DNA from: Halanaerobiales bacterium
GTDB lineage: Bacteria > Bacillota > Halanaerobiia > Halanaerobiales > M55B127
Assembly: GCA_018334565.1 (NCBI GenBank)
Contig: JAGXLU010000001.1
Coordinates: 61,248 to 125,247 of the forward strand
Reading direction: 5' to 3'
DNA length: 64,000 bases
Shown here: positions 28,146 through 38,032 of the stretch, in pieces
Numbering within the stretch: position 1 is the first letter of the stretch
Layout: each line of letters opens with the position of its first letter
The notes under the pieces: generated by a model
Seen by the model: the letters and a program-made list of their open reading frames with translations, nothing else
Databases searched by the model: none
Told to the model about the DNA's origin: nothing
Program-made: the position numbers and the translations under genes

Positions 28146-28696
28146 TATAATGTATCACTCCTTTTTAAATATACTTTAATTGCAGTCTTATTATAATTTC
28201 TATCTTTAATCTTGATTAAACTATTAAATTTTTCAATTTTTTCTTCTTCATGATGCTCCACAATAATTAGGGCATCATTGATTAACAATTTATTGTTGAC
28301 CAGGCTTTTTATAGTTTTATTAACTAGATCTCTATTATAGGGAGGATCTAAAAATACTATATCAAACCTTTGGTCCACAGTTCGAAGATATTTCAAAACA
28401 TCATTAACTACAATTTGACATTGATATGTAAACCCACATTTATCAATATTTTCTTTTATTATGCTGGCAAATTTAGGGCTTTTTTCAACAAAGGTTAATT
28501 TTTCTACTCCCCTGCTAACTGCTTCAAGACCCAGGTTGCCAAATCCAGCATAGAGATCAAGACCATTTGTTTTAGGAAAATATGGTAAAATAATACTGAA
28601 TAATGCTTCTTTAACCCTATCCAGGGTGGGCCTCACTTTTTTAGTATTTATACTTTTTAATGTTATTCCACCTGCCTGACCGGCAATTACTCTCAT
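28145..28696 (-). CDS. rsmD: 16S rRNA (guanine966-N2)-methyltransferase RsmD
   Basis: 183 aa. It starts MRVIAGQAGG, contains the DPPY motif, and lies upstream of coaD as in B. subtilis ylbH-ylbI. Confidence 0.88.
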   Translation of the reverse strand: MRVIAGQAGGITLKSINTKKVRPTLDRVKEALFSIILPYFPKTNGLDLYAGFGNLGLEAVSRGVEKLTFVEKSPKFASIIKENIDKCGFTYQCQIVVNDVLKYLRTVDQRFDIVFLDPPYNRDLVNKTIKSLVNNKLLINDALIIVEHHEEEKIEKFNSLIKIKDRNYNKTAIKVYLKRSDTL

Positions 28697-28713
28697 CTTT
28701 TACCACTCTTTTT

Positions 28714-30768
28714 TTATATTATTATTGTTAGTTCTTCTACTTTTTTAGCTAACTTTTTGTATTTCTGAGACCAGTTATAAATTTCTGTAAGCTGATTGGC
28801 TTCCTGGTTGGCCTTGGCTAATATTTTTCTGTCTTTTAAGATATCAGCTACTTTTAAATCTGTTATACCATGCTGTCTAGTACCAAAAAATTCACCCGGA
28901 CCCCTGATCTCAAGATCAGCTTCTGAAATTCTGAATCCATCATTAGTTTCTGTCATCACTTCCAACCTTTTTTTAGCTTCTTCAGTATTGGGATCAGCAA
29001 TCATAATGCAGTATGCTTGTTTTTGACCACGCCCTATTCTACCTCGTAGTTGATGAAGTTGTGCCAGCCCAAATCTTTCGGCATTTTCGATTACCATAAT
29101 GTTAGCAGTATCAACATCAACACCAACTTCGATAATGGTTGTAGAGATTAATACATCTATTTTATGATTGACAAAATCACTCATTATTTTATTTTTTTCA
29201 TTGCTACTCAGCTGACCATGAAGGGCTATAACATTAAATTCAGAAAGATAATTTTTTTCTAAAATCTCCTTTATCTCTAAAACAGAATTAGCCTCCAATT
29301 CTTCCGAAGGTTCTATTAAGGGGCAAACCACATACACTTGTTCACCTTTTTTAATCTTTTCTTTAACAAAATTATATATTTTAGAACGACTTTTTTCGGT
29401 TCTCCATGTTGTGATAACTGGTTTCCTGCCCGGCGGCATCTCATCAATAATTGAAAGATCAAGATCCCCATATACAGTTAAGGCTAAAGACCTGGGAATG
29501 GGGGTAGCTGTCATTACCAACAGATCAGGATTATCACCTTTTTGTTTAAGTTGATATCTCTGTTCAACACCAAATCTGTGCTGTTCATCAATAACTATTA
29601 AACCAATATTGTAATATTCAATATCATTTTGAAAAAGAGCATGTGTTCCAATAATAAGATCAGCCTGGCTGTTTTTTATCCTTTTGATAATATCTTCACG
29701 CTCTGTACCCTTAACTCCACCCACCAATATATCAATATTATAGTCAAATCCCTTAAGGATTTTATTGATTTTTATATAATGCTGTTCAGCCAGTATCTCG
29801 GTAGGCGCCATTAAGATACCCTGATAGCCATTTTCTATTGTTTTAATTAAAGACATCACTGCAATTACAGTTTTCCCTGAACCAACATCACCTTGGAGAA
29901 GCCTCTGCATGGGTTCTTTTTTTTCCATATCACTTTTAATCTGCTGCCAGGCTTTCTTTTGAGCATTCGTTAAATTAAAATGAAGTCTATCTAAAAAATC
30001 ATCCATCTTTTCATTAAAACTATGGTGCTTAATCCCATTAACTTTTTTATATTCCTTTTTCCTTTTCAACATTACTATTTGCAATAAAAATAATTCCTGA
30101 AAGGCAAGCCTATTTCTGGCTTTTACAAAAATCTGCCTATTCTGTGGAAAGTGCATATTAAAAATAGCTTTTTCCAATTCAATATGATTATATTTATCAA
30201 TAATATATTCAGGTAAAAAGTCAGTGATTTTATGTAGGTGATCTTTTAATGCCCTGTATATTATATACCTAAGCCTCTTTTGTGTTAATCCCTCTGTCAA
30301 AGAATAGATCGGAACTACTCGGCCGGTATGAATAATGGTATTCTTATTACCGATCTCTTCATAGGTTGGGTTTATCATCTCTTTTTTATTATACTTAAAA
30401 AAACTCTTCTTACTTAGCTCACCGTATAAATTATACTTTTGCCCTGATTCAAATACATCATTCAAATAAGATTGATTAAACCATGTACCGATTAATGTAT
30501 CAGTCCCATCTGTAAAAGTTACTTTAAAAACAGATTTATATTTACCTCTTTTTATCAAATCTTTATCTAAAACCTCGGCCTCAATACTGACCATCTCATT
30601 TGGCCTTATAAATCGAATTTCCTTGAAGTCCGAACGATCCTGGTAAGTACGAGGAAAGTAATAAAAAAGATCTTTCAAATTATTAATTCCCAGATTATTT
30701 AATCTCTTCTCAAATTTCGGACCCACCCCTTTTAAAAATCTAATCTCTTCTTCTTTAAAATTGCTCAT
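28714..30768 (-). CDS. recG: ATP-dependent DNA helicase RecG
   Basis: 684 aa with Walker A GDVGSGKT, the DEQHRFGV box and the QLRGRIGRG motif. Confidence 0.95.
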   Translation of the reverse strand: MSNFKEEEIRFLKGVGPKFEKRLNNLGINNLKDLFYYFPRTYQDRSDFKEIRFIRPNEMVSIEAEVLDKDLIKRGKYKSVFKVTFTDGTDTLIGTWFNQSYLNDVFESGQKYNLYGELSKKSFFKYNKKEMINPTYEEIGNKNTIIHTGRVVPIYSLTEGLTQKRLRYIIYRALKDHLHKITDFLPEYIIDKYNHIELEKAIFNMHFPQNRQIFVKARNRLAFQELFLLQIVMLKRKKEYKKVNGIKHHSFNEKMDDFLDRLHFNLTNAQKKAWQQIKSDMEKKEPMQRLLQGDVGSGKTVIAVMSLIKTIENGYQGILMAPTEILAEQHYIKINKILKGFDYNIDILVGGVKGTEREDIIKRIKNSQADLIIGTHALFQNDIEYYNIGLIVIDEQHRFGVEQRYQLKQKGDNPDLLVMTATPIPRSLALTVYGDLDLSIIDEMPPGRKPVITTWRTEKSRSKIYNFVKEKIKKGEQVYVVCPLIEPSEELEANSVLEIKEILEKNYLSEFNVIALHGQLSSNEKNKIMSDFVNHKIDVLISTTIIEVGVDVDTANIMVIENAERFGLAQLHQLRGRIGRGQKQAYCIMIADPNTEEAKKRLEVMTETNDGFRISEADLEIRGPGEFFGTRQHGITDLKVADILKDRKILAKANQEANQLTEIYNWSQKYKKLAKKVEELTIII

Positions 30769-31648
30769 TTAAATATTTACCACCCTTAAATAACACAACA
30801 CCATATACAGTAGGCCCTGTATGACTGCCAATAACAGCACCAACAGTATTTTGATAGTACTTACAACCAAAAGATAAATTATCTATTTTGTTCTGATACA
30901 TTTTTTTAAAAGTAGTGGTGTACTTTAACTCACCGTGAACAAAACCGAACCAATATTCTCCCTTATTACCCTTGTCTTTAGTTATATACTTCTCTACTAA
31001 TTCTAGCAGTTTTTTATGAGTGTTTTTTCTTCCTCTTGCTTTATCCATGGGCTCAACAGCTTTAGAATCAAAATCTAATTTCAAAATTGGTTTTAAATTA
31101 ATCAGATCTCCTATGAACGATCCTGCTTTACTGATACGTCCTCCTTTTTCAAAAAAAGAAAGATTATCTACGGTTAAATAGATTTCTATATCACGGCGTG
31201 CTCTTTTTAAAATTTTTACGATTTTTTCTAATTCTAAGCCTTTTGCAATTAGCTTGGCGGCTAAAATATCTAAAAACCCTAAGCCCATTGAAGCTGTTTT
31301 AGAATCAATTACTGTGATATTAAACTCTGGATTTTCCTTAAGAGCCAGTTGAGCTGAATGAACTGTTCCACTTAAATGGCTAGATAAGTGCATTGATATT
31401 ACATGATCATAATCTTTATTTAGCTCTTTATAGATAACCTCAAATTCACCTACTGAAGGTTGTGAAGTGGTCGGCATTACATCGGATTGCTTTATCCTGT
31501 TTAAAAATTGATCAGAATTTATTTCCTTTCTATCCTTATATTGTTCTTCTCCAATTCTAAGGGTTAAAGGAATAATATGAATATTATATTCATCTATTAA
31601 TTTTTGTGGCAAGTCACATGTGCTATCTGTTAAAATACCTATTTTCAT
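30755..31648 (-). CDS. DegV family fatty-acid-binding protein
   Basis: It starts MKIGILTDSTCDLP and contains TTSQPS, both typical of DegV. The start at 31648 has a GAGGAG SD. Confidence 0.85.
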   Translation of the reverse strand: MKIGILTDSTCDLPQKLIDEYNIHIIPLTLRIGEEQYKDRKEINSDQFLNRIKQSDVMPTTSQPSVGEFEVIYKELNKDYDHVISMHLSSHLSGTVHSAQLALKENPEFNITVIDSKTASMGLGFLDILAAKLIAKGLELEKIVKILKRARRDIEIYLTVDNLSFFEKGGRISKAGSFIGDLINLKPILKLDFDSKAVEPMDKARGRKNTHKKLLELVEKYITKDKGNKGEYWFGFVHGELKYTTTFKKMYQNKIDNLSFGCKYYQNTVGAVIGSHTGPTVYGVVLFKGGKYLNEQF

Positions 31649-31670
31649 AATTAATCTCCTCACTTATAAT

Positions 31671-33353
31671 TTATTCTAAAGAAATAATATATGGATATAA
31701 TGGTTGGCCACCTTCATATATTTCTATTTCCACATCTTTTGAAAACTCTTGAAATTTCTCTTTGATCTTTTCAGCTTCTTTAAAATCTGCTCCATCACCA
31801 TAGTAGATAGTAATTAAATCCTCGCATTCCCATTCTTTGTCTATAAGCTCTTCAATAACATCCAATTCATCATCACCTACAGCTTTGATGGTTCCGTTGA
31901 CAATTCCTATCACATCTTCTTGATCAATCTTAAAACCATTTACTTTAGAATCTTTAACAGCATTTGTAATTTCAATCGTCTTTACCTGTTTTGTTTCCTT
32001 TTCCATTATGGTTTTTAATTCATCTAATTCTTTTTGGTCATTAAAGATTAATAATGCTGCTATTGCTTCCGGTATAGTCCTTGTTTCAATTATACTTACT
32101 TCTTTATCTGAAAGTGATTTTGCCTGTTTAGCGGCTGATATAATGTTTTTGTTATTGGGAAAAATTATTATTTTTTCCTGTTTTATTTCTTTAACAGCTT
32201 CTACAAAGTCATTGGTACTTGGATTCATAGATTGCCCTCCATCGATAATTAAATCTACACCAAGTTCCAACAATATATTTTTAATGCCATTTCCTTTAGC
32301 AACAGCAATTATACCTATTTTCTTATTCATTTGTGTGGTTTTTTTATTCTTGACAATCTTTTCTTGGCTTTCCTCTTTGATCTGTTCAAATTCTTGTTGC
32401 TGTTGTTTCTCGCTTTCTTTTCTCATCTCGGCACTTTGTATTCTCATATTATCGATAGTTATATCTCTCAAACTACCAGTTTTTAGGGCATATTCTAAAA
32501 TAATTCCAGGGTGGTCGGTATGGATATGTATTTTAATAATATCATCATCTCCCACCACCATCATCGAATCACCAAACTGTTCAATATCTTCTTTTATCTC
32601 ATTTATATCCACATCTCTATCTTTAACCTCTATCAAGGTTTGGGTACAATAACCGTATTTTAATTCTTCAGCTTCTCCTTGTTCTTTAACAGTTTTTTTG
32701 ATCTCTTCTTCTTCAACTATTTCAATCTTACCTGTTAAACCAGCTAACATCCCTTTTAAGATAATCAAATAACCCTGGCCTCCCGCATCTACAACACCAG
32801 CTTCTTTCAGCTGGGGTAATTGTTCTGGGGTTTTATTTAAAGCCGTATGGGCTGCTTGTATTACTTCATTTAAGATTTTTTCTATATCTTTGGTTTCCTC
32901 CAATTCTTCAGCCCTTTCAGCAGCTTTTCTAGCCACAGTCAAAATGGTACCTTCAACTGGCCTTAAAACACCCTGATATGCTATTTTAGATGCCCTAGAC
33001 AAAGAATGAATTATATCCTGACTATCCATAACCTGATTACCCTTGTTAGCCTCTGAAAGACCGCGTAATAACTGTGATAAGATTACGCCGGAGTTACCCC
33101 TTGCTCCCATTAAAGCCCCTTTAGAAAGAGCCTGTGTTAATTTATCTATACGTTTAGATTTTGACTTATCAAGATTTTCTACAGCCTCCTGCAAAGTTAA
33201 TAACATATTTGTTCCTGTATCTCCATCTGGCACAGGAAAGACATTTAAAGAATCTATATAAGACTGCTGTTCTTTAAGCTTGTTGAGAGCGCCGTAACAC
33301 ATGTCTTTAAAAGTTTTATCATCTATTATTTTGAACTCCTCATTCTGTTCCAT
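31671..33353 (-). CDS. yloV: DAK2 (DhaL-like) domain protein YloV
   Basis: 560 aa. The N-terminal Dak2 domain has DGDTGTNM. It is paired with the upstream Asp23 gene, as in B. subtilis yloU-yloV. Confidence 0.85.
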   Translation of the reverse strand: MEQNEEFKIIDDKTFKDMCYGALNKLKEQQSYIDSLNVFPVPDGDTGTNMLLTLQEAVENLDKSKSKRIDKLTQALSKGALMGARGNSGVILSQLLRGLSEANKGNQVMDSQDIIHSLSRASKIAYQGVLRPVEGTILTVARKAAERAEELEETKDIEKILNEVIQAAHTALNKTPEQLPQLKEAGVVDAGGQGYLIILKGMLAGLTGKIEIVEEEEIKKTVKEQGEAEELKYGYCTQTLIEVKDRDVDINEIKEDIEQFGDSMMVVGDDDIIKIHIHTDHPGIILEYALKTGSLRDITIDNMRIQSAEMRKESEKQQQQEFEQIKEESQEKIVKNKKTTQMNKKIGIIAVAKGNGIKNILLELGVDLIIDGGQSMNPSTNDFVEAVKEIKQEKIIIFPNNKNIISAAKQAKSLSDKEVSIIETRTIPEAIAALLIFNDQKELDELKTIMEKETKQVKTIEITNAVKDSKVNGFKIDQEDVIGIVNGTIKAVGDDELDVIEELIDKEWECEDLITIYYGDGADFKEAEKIKEKFQEFSKDVEIEIYEGGQPLYPYIISLE

Positions 33354-33714
33354 TGCCTATCCTCACTCCCTGGACATTAATCTCTATATCCTCTACTTCG
33401 ATGCCTACTCTGTTTTTCAGAGTATATTTAACCCTTTCAATTATATTATTGGCTACCTCATAAATATTTGTTCCATATTCTACTACAATATTTAGAAATA
33501 TTTTCACTTCATCTTCTTCAATCTCTACAGAAACTCCTTTGCTGACATTATCTAGACCGAGCAAATCTGCTATACCGTCCTGCATATTTTTAGATGACAT
33601 CCCTACCAAACCATAACATTCCATTGCAGAAAGTCCTGCAATATTTTCTATAACTTCTTCTGCTATAAATATCTTACCAAGTTCTGTATTAATCTCTTTA
33701 ACCATAATTTTCAC
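33340..33714 (-). CDS. yloU: Asp23/Gls24 family envelope stress protein (YloU)
   Basis: 124 aa. The sequence is Asp23-like (IAEEVIENIAG...ECYGLVGM) and has the conserved position. Confidence 0.8.
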   Translation of the reverse strand: MKIMVKEINTELGKIFIAEEVIENIAGLSAMECYGLVGMSSKNMQDGIADLLGLDNVSKGVSVEIEEDEVKIFLNIVVEYGTNIYEVANNIIERVKYTLKNRVGIEVEDIEINVQGVRIGNGTE

Positions 33715-33883
33715 CTCTCTTTATATACATTGTAATTTTACTATATTTTGATTAAGCTTGCAACATTTAAGAAATACAATAATATTTATTAATAAACTAC
33801 TTGTCATAACCTGCCTTAATGTGTTAAAATGATATTTGACTGAAAAGTTATATTAGTTATATTAGATACAGGAGGTGTATCAA

Positions 33884-34114
33884 ATGGCAAAATATTGTGA
33901 AATATGCGGTAAAGGCAACAATAATGCCAATAGAATTAGAAGACGTGGTAAAGCCAAGAAAAAAGGTGGAGTCGGACGTAATGTTACAAGTATAAGCAGT
34001 CGCACCCAAAAACCAAACTTGCATAAAGTTAAAGCTATTGTAGATGGGAAAAAACAAAAAATTACGGTATGCGCTAAGTGCTTAAAAGCAGGTAAAGTTC
34101 AACGAGCATATTAA
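33884..34114 (+). CDS. rpmB: 50S ribosomal protein L28 (C+ zinc form) with an internal basic insertion
   Basis: The ATG at 33884 lies 8 nt after GGAGG; the track's GTG at 33875 overlaps the SD. The protein starts MAKYCEICGKG and ends VCAKCLKAGKVQRAY. An extra stretch NNNANRIRRRGKAKKKGGV is present relative to the usual ~60-aa L28. Confidence 0.85.
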   Translation: MAKYCEICGKGNNNANRIRRRGKAKKKGGVGRNVTSISSRTQKPNLHKVKAIVDGKKQKITVCAKCLKAGKVQRAY

Positions 34115-34133
34115 ATAGATTGTCGATATCAGG

Positions 34134-34167
34134 GTTTATTCATTATATAATGAATAAACTCTTTTTT
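34134..34167 (+). terminator. rpmB rho-independent terminator
   Basis: An 11-bp stem gtttattcatt/aatgaataaac with loop atat, followed by tctttttt. Confidence 0.75.
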
Positions 34168-34304
34168 GTTTTAAGCTGTTATAAATGGTTTTTTATTATC
34201 ATAACTTATCAATAGTTAAAATTTTACATTTTCTAAAAAGTTTTAAAAATTTATTATTTATTATTTATTATTTTTAATTCAAAGCTAAAAATTAAAAAGT
34301 ATGA

Positions 34305-34334
34305 ATAAAAAAATAAACAGTAGAAATTTCTACT
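34305..34334 (-). terminator. terminator after the fumarase beta subunit gene
   Basis: The palindrome agtagaaatttctact is followed on the minus strand by gtttattttttt. Confidence 0.55.
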
Positions 34335-34456
34335 ATTCTTCTATCCATTTATCTATTTATTTAAATTTTGTAAAACAGTCGACTCTTGTTTTAATTACAA
34401 CTATTCATTGTTAAATACTTTTAAACTGCTGTATTTTAAAATACTTTTTAAAACCC

Positions 34457-35008
34457 TCAACCACTAATCTCACTATATTTATTTTTCCCCATATCATACA
34501 AATCGTTACCATAAATATCATTAATCACAACCAGGGGAAAATCACTAACTTTTAAGAGCCTAATCGCCTCTGTATCTAATTTGGGATAAGCAACTACTTT
34601 AGAATCAATAATTCTTTTAGACAGAAGTGCCGCCGCTCCTCCTGTGGCAGCTAAATATACTGCCTTGTTTTCTTTTATTAAGTCAACTATCCTCTTACTT
34701 CTCTGCCCTTTACCGATCATGGCTTTTAAGCCCATCTTTAAAAGAGCCGGTGTATATTTATCCATCCGATAACTTGTAGTGGGTCCACATGGGCCTATAA
34801 CTCTGCCTGGTCGGGCTGGAGCAGGTCCAGTATAGTATATAATCGCATTTTCAATATTAATAGGAAGCTCTTCATTATTCTCAATAAGTTCACATAACTT
34901 TTTATGAGCCTGATCACGAGCAGTATATAGATAACCACTTAAATAAATTTTATCTCCCGCTTTTAATTTATTAATCTTGTTTTCTGTCAATGGTGTCTCT
35001 AAATTCAT
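34457..35008 (-). CDS. class I Fe-S hydro-lyase beta subunit (fumarate hydratase / L-tartrate dehydratase C-terminal domain type)
   Basis: The sequence is FumA_C/TtdB-like (YTARDQAHKK, GPTTS, AIGKG). The ATG at 35008 lies 8 nt after AGGTGG; the track start is the GTG at 35020. Confidence 0.85.
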   Translation of the reverse strand: MNLETPLTENKINKLKAGDKIYLSGYLYTARDQAHKKLCELIENNEELPINIENAIIYYTGPAPARPGRVIGPCGPTTSYRMDKYTPALLKMGLKAMIGKGQRSKRIVDLIKENKAVYLAATGGAAALLSKRIIDSKVVAYPKLDTEAIRLLKVSDFPLVVINDIYGNDLYDMGKNKYSEISG

Positions 35009-35020
35009 AATTTCACCCAC

Positions 35021-35851
35021 CTATATACTGATTTTGATATGACGTGAAGCGTGACAGTTAATATTTACTGCCACCGGCAGAGAAGCAATATGACAGGGAT
35101 GTTTTAAAATACGCACATCTAAAGCTGTAACTTTACCTCCCAGTCCGCCAGGACCAATTCCCGTTTTGTTTATTTCTTTTAATATACGCTTTTCAAAAAT
35201 CCTAATAGAAGGATCCTCAGTTTTTTCCTTAAGCAAAGCCTTTTTCGACAAAAGGGCTGCTTTTTCAAAAGTTCCCCCAATACCAATTCCCATAATATAA
35301 GGAGGACAGGCACTTGCGCCTGCTCTTTGCACCGTATCAATTATAAAATCAATGATCTCATCTTTACTCGCTGTGGGGTTAAACATATTAATTCTACTCA
35401 TGTTTTCACTACCAGCGCCCTTGATTAATATATTAAATTCTAAGCTATCCCCTAATACATTTTCTATATAAATTATAGCTGGTGTATTATCTTGAGTATT
35501 TTCTCTATTAAAGGGATCTTTCACAACTGACTTTCTCAAATAACCTTTATTATATCCGGCCTTTATTCCTCTGTTTACTGCCTTATATAAATCACCTTGA
35601 ATCTGTATTTGATTACCAATTTTTATAAAAATAACGACAATGCCCGTATCCTGACAGATAGCAATCTTCTCCTGCTCAGCAATTTGAGCATTTTTTATCA
35701 AACTTTTTAAAATATTTTTCCCAAGTAAAGATTGCTCTTTTTTTACTGCATCTTCTAACATATCTAACAACTTTAAATCAAGAGAAAAATTAGCATTTTG
35801 AACTGCTTGTGATATATTTTTGCTTATTATTTCACCATCTATTTCTCTCAT
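35021..35851 (-). CDS. class I Fe-S hydro-lyase alpha subunit (fumarate hydratase N-terminal domain type)
   Basis: 276 aa with CQDTG and PPYIMGIGIGG motifs. It is adjacent to the beta subunit. Confidence 0.85.
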   Translation of the reverse strand: MREIDGEIISKNISQAVQNANFSLDLKLLDMLEDAVKKEQSLLGKNILKSLIKNAQIAEQEKIAICQDTGIVVIFIKIGNQIQIQGDLYKAVNRGIKAGYNKGYLRKSVVKDPFNRENTQDNTPAIIYIENVLGDSLEFNILIKGAGSENMSRINMFNPTASKDEIIDFIIDTVQRAGASACPPYIMGIGIGGTFEKAALLSKKALLKEKTEDPSIRIFEKRILKEINKTGIGPGGLGGKVTALDVRILKHPCHIASLPVAVNINCHASRHIKISI

Positions 35852-35863
35852 AAAAAACTCCTA

Positions 35864-36517
35864 TTATAATTTTTTTGATATAAAGTATAATAACTTACCT
35901 GTTTCAATTGTGATTACGGCCTCTTTTTTTTCAATTACATTACTAATTCCCCGGCTGCTTGCCCTATTCAGCCTATAATCATCTAATTCATATCTGCAAC
36001 CCCTTAAACTACTAATTATAACATCTTTTGTAAGTGCAAATATGGAAAGGATAAAATTCTTTTTATTGTTGAAAGTTCTTTTGTTTTCAATTAAACCAAT
36101 CTCTAAACCAGGTGCGATAATTCTAGCATTGATACTATTGAGAGCAGCATACTCTAATAACAATATATTACCAAATTGCTGATCAGCTCTGCCCCCATAG
36201 GCTCCTATAAAAGATATCTGCAGATGCCCTTTGGTCAGACAGTAATCTACTGCTAATTCTGCATCTGTCTTATCCTTATGACTGGGAAATTTCAAAATCT
36301 CTCCATTATAATTTTTTAAAAGCTTTGAATCTCTATCGAGGGAATCAAAATCACCAATTATTGCATCAGGTTTTCTATCAACTATATTTTGTAAAAATTT
36401 ATATCCTCCATCTACAGCAATAATAGTGCTGTATCGATCAATTATCTCTTTATATAAAAGCTTTTTATTTTTAAATACACCGTTTAATACAATTAAAATT
36501 TCATTCAACTTGCTCAC
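35864..36517 (-). CDS. thiN: thiamine pyrophosphokinase
   Basis: 217 aa with the motifs AVDGG and GDFDS. It has the conserved position after rpe. Confidence 0.85.
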   Translation of the reverse strand: MSKLNEILIVLNGVFKNKKLLYKEIIDRYSTIIAVDGGYKFLQNIVDRKPDAIIGDFDSLDRDSKLLKNYNGEILKFPSHKDKTDAELAVDYCLTKGHLQISFIGAYGGRADQQFGNILLLEYAALNSINARIIAPGLEIGLIENKRTFNNKKNFILSIFALTKDVIISSLRGCRYELDDYRLNRASSRGISNVIEKKEAVITIETGKLLYFISKKL

Positions 36518-37163
36518 TATTCCTTAAAATTTCTCTAAATTTATTTAAGTTTTCGGTAGGGTCTCCTACAAATATAGTAGAACCACTTACTATAATATCA
36601 ACACCTGTTTTAGCTATTTTTTCTACATTTGCAAAATTAACCCCTCCGTCAATTTCAATTAGGGTATCAGTTGAACTTTCTTTTATCATCAGTTTTAATT
36701 TTTTTATTTTGTTCAAAGTATTTAAAATTAATTTTTGTCCACCAAAACCAGGGTTTACCGACATAATTAAAATTAAATCGAGATCATCTATGATATTTTC
36801 AATGGTATTTAAAGAAGTTGCCGGGTTTAATGAAATCCCAGCCTTACAACCAGAGTTTTTAATAAGCTGAATTGTTCGATGAACATGTTTGGATGCTTCT
36901 ATATGAACTGTAATGAAATCACTACCCGCTCTAGCAAATTCTTCAATATATCTTTCCGGTTCCTCAATCATGAGATGGGTATCAAATATTTGATTACTGT
37001 GCTGCCTAATAGATTTAATAACTACAGGCCCAAAAGTAATGTTCGGCACAAATCTACCATCCATGATATCTAAATGGATGTACTCTGCGCTTTTTACACT
37101 AGTAATCTCTTCTTTCAATCTGCTAAAATCGGCTGACAGAATCGATGGTGCAATTTTAATCAT
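36501..37163 (-). CDS. rpe: ribulose-phosphate 3-epimerase
   Basis: It starts MIKIAPSILSADF and contains HLDIMDG and VNPGFGGQ. The track's N-terminal extension to 37217 would overlap rsgA. Confidence 0.92.
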   Translation of the reverse strand: MIKIAPSILSADFSRLKEEITSVKSAEYIHLDIMDGRFVPNITFGPVVIKSIRQHSNQIFDTHLMIEEPERYIEEFARAGSDFITVHIEASKHVHRTIQLIKNSGCKAGISLNPATSLNTIENIIDDLDLILIMSVNPGFGGQKLILNTLNKIKKLKLMIKESSTDTLIEIDGGVNFANVEKIAKTGVDIIVSGSTIFVGDPTENLNKFREILRNSEQVE

Positions 37164-38019
37164 ATAAATCATCCTCTTTTTTTTGTAGCTCTTTATATAT
37201 TTCTTTATAACTTTCATACCTATTTTTTGATATAAGATTGTTTTTTAAAGCTTCTTTGACCATACAGCCAGGTTCATGAGTATGACTGCAGCTATTAAAT
37301 TTACAGCTACCTTCATATTTTTCAAATTCTGGAAAATAAAAATGTAAATCAGAAGATTTAATATTTTCAATGTCTATACTACTAAAACCCGGTGTATCGG
37401 CTACATATCCTTTTTTTGAGATGGCAATCAACTCTACATGACGGGTTGTGTGTACACCTCTTTTTGATTTCTTACTAACCTTTTGAGTCGGGAGCTTAAC
37501 ATCTTTTACAATACTGTTTATCAATGTAGACTTGCCACTCCCACTGTTACCAGCTACTACAGATATATGGCCTTCTAAATTGTGATATAGGTTATCTAAA
37601 CCAATATGTTCTTTAGCACTGATAAAAAATGTGTTATATCCGATCTCTTCATATACAAATAATTCAGTTTTCATCTGCTCTAAATCATCTATCAGATCAA
37701 CTTTGTTAAAGGCAATTAATGGTTTCAAACCGGAAGATTCAACCATTAAAATAAATCTGTCCAGCAGCTTTTTTTCTAAAGGAGGATTCTTAAGGGAATG
37801 AATAATTACAACTTGATCAACATTGGCTATCTTGGGCCTACTTAGTAAATTCCTTCTGTCTTTAACAGCTTCGACAATCTTCTTTTTTTCATCTATAACT
37901 ACTATATCTCCAGGATATATGGTTTTTTTTAGCTTGCCCCTAATCCCACATTTATGAACCCTACTATTAGTTTTTACGAAAAAAAATCCTCCCAGGGTTT
38001 TTGTAATAATGCCCTCCAT
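37156..38019 (-). CDS. rsgA: ribosome small-subunit-dependent GTPase A
   Basis: 287 aa. It is a circularly permuted GTPase (NKVDL, GNSGSGKST) with a C-terminal zinc motif CKFNSCSHTHEPGC. Confidence 0.92.
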   Translation of the reverse strand: MEGIITKTLGGFFFVKTNSRVHKCGIRGKLKKTIYPGDIVVIDEKKKIVEAVKDRRNLLSRPKIANVDQVVIIHSLKNPPLEKKLLDRFILMVESSGLKPLIAFNKVDLIDDLEQMKTELFVYEEIGYNTFFISAKEHIGLDNLYHNLEGHISVVAGNSGSGKSTLINSIVKDVKLPTQKVSKKSKRGVHTTRHVELIAISKKGYVADTPGFSSIDIENIKSSDLHFYFPEFEKYEGSCKFNSCSHTHEPGCMVKEALKNNLISKNRYESYKEIYKELQKKEDDLYD

Positions 38020-38032
38020 TAAAAACCTCCTT

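Noticed and set aside
32008-32652. A 214-aa plus-strand ORF, the longest unexplained ORF in the track.
   Set aside because: It lies entirely antisense to the well-supported yloV (DAK2) gene. Its translation is low-complexity Ser/Ile/Leu/Phe-rich, it has no SD, and it is typical of the stop-poor antisense frame of an AT-rich gene.
34253-34273. A tandem repeat of (ATTATTT)x3 in the rpmB/fumarase convergent intergenic region.
   Set aside because: It is a short simple-sequence repeat in roughly 85% AT spacer DNA between two terminators. It has no flanking structure or coding context and is most likely compositional.
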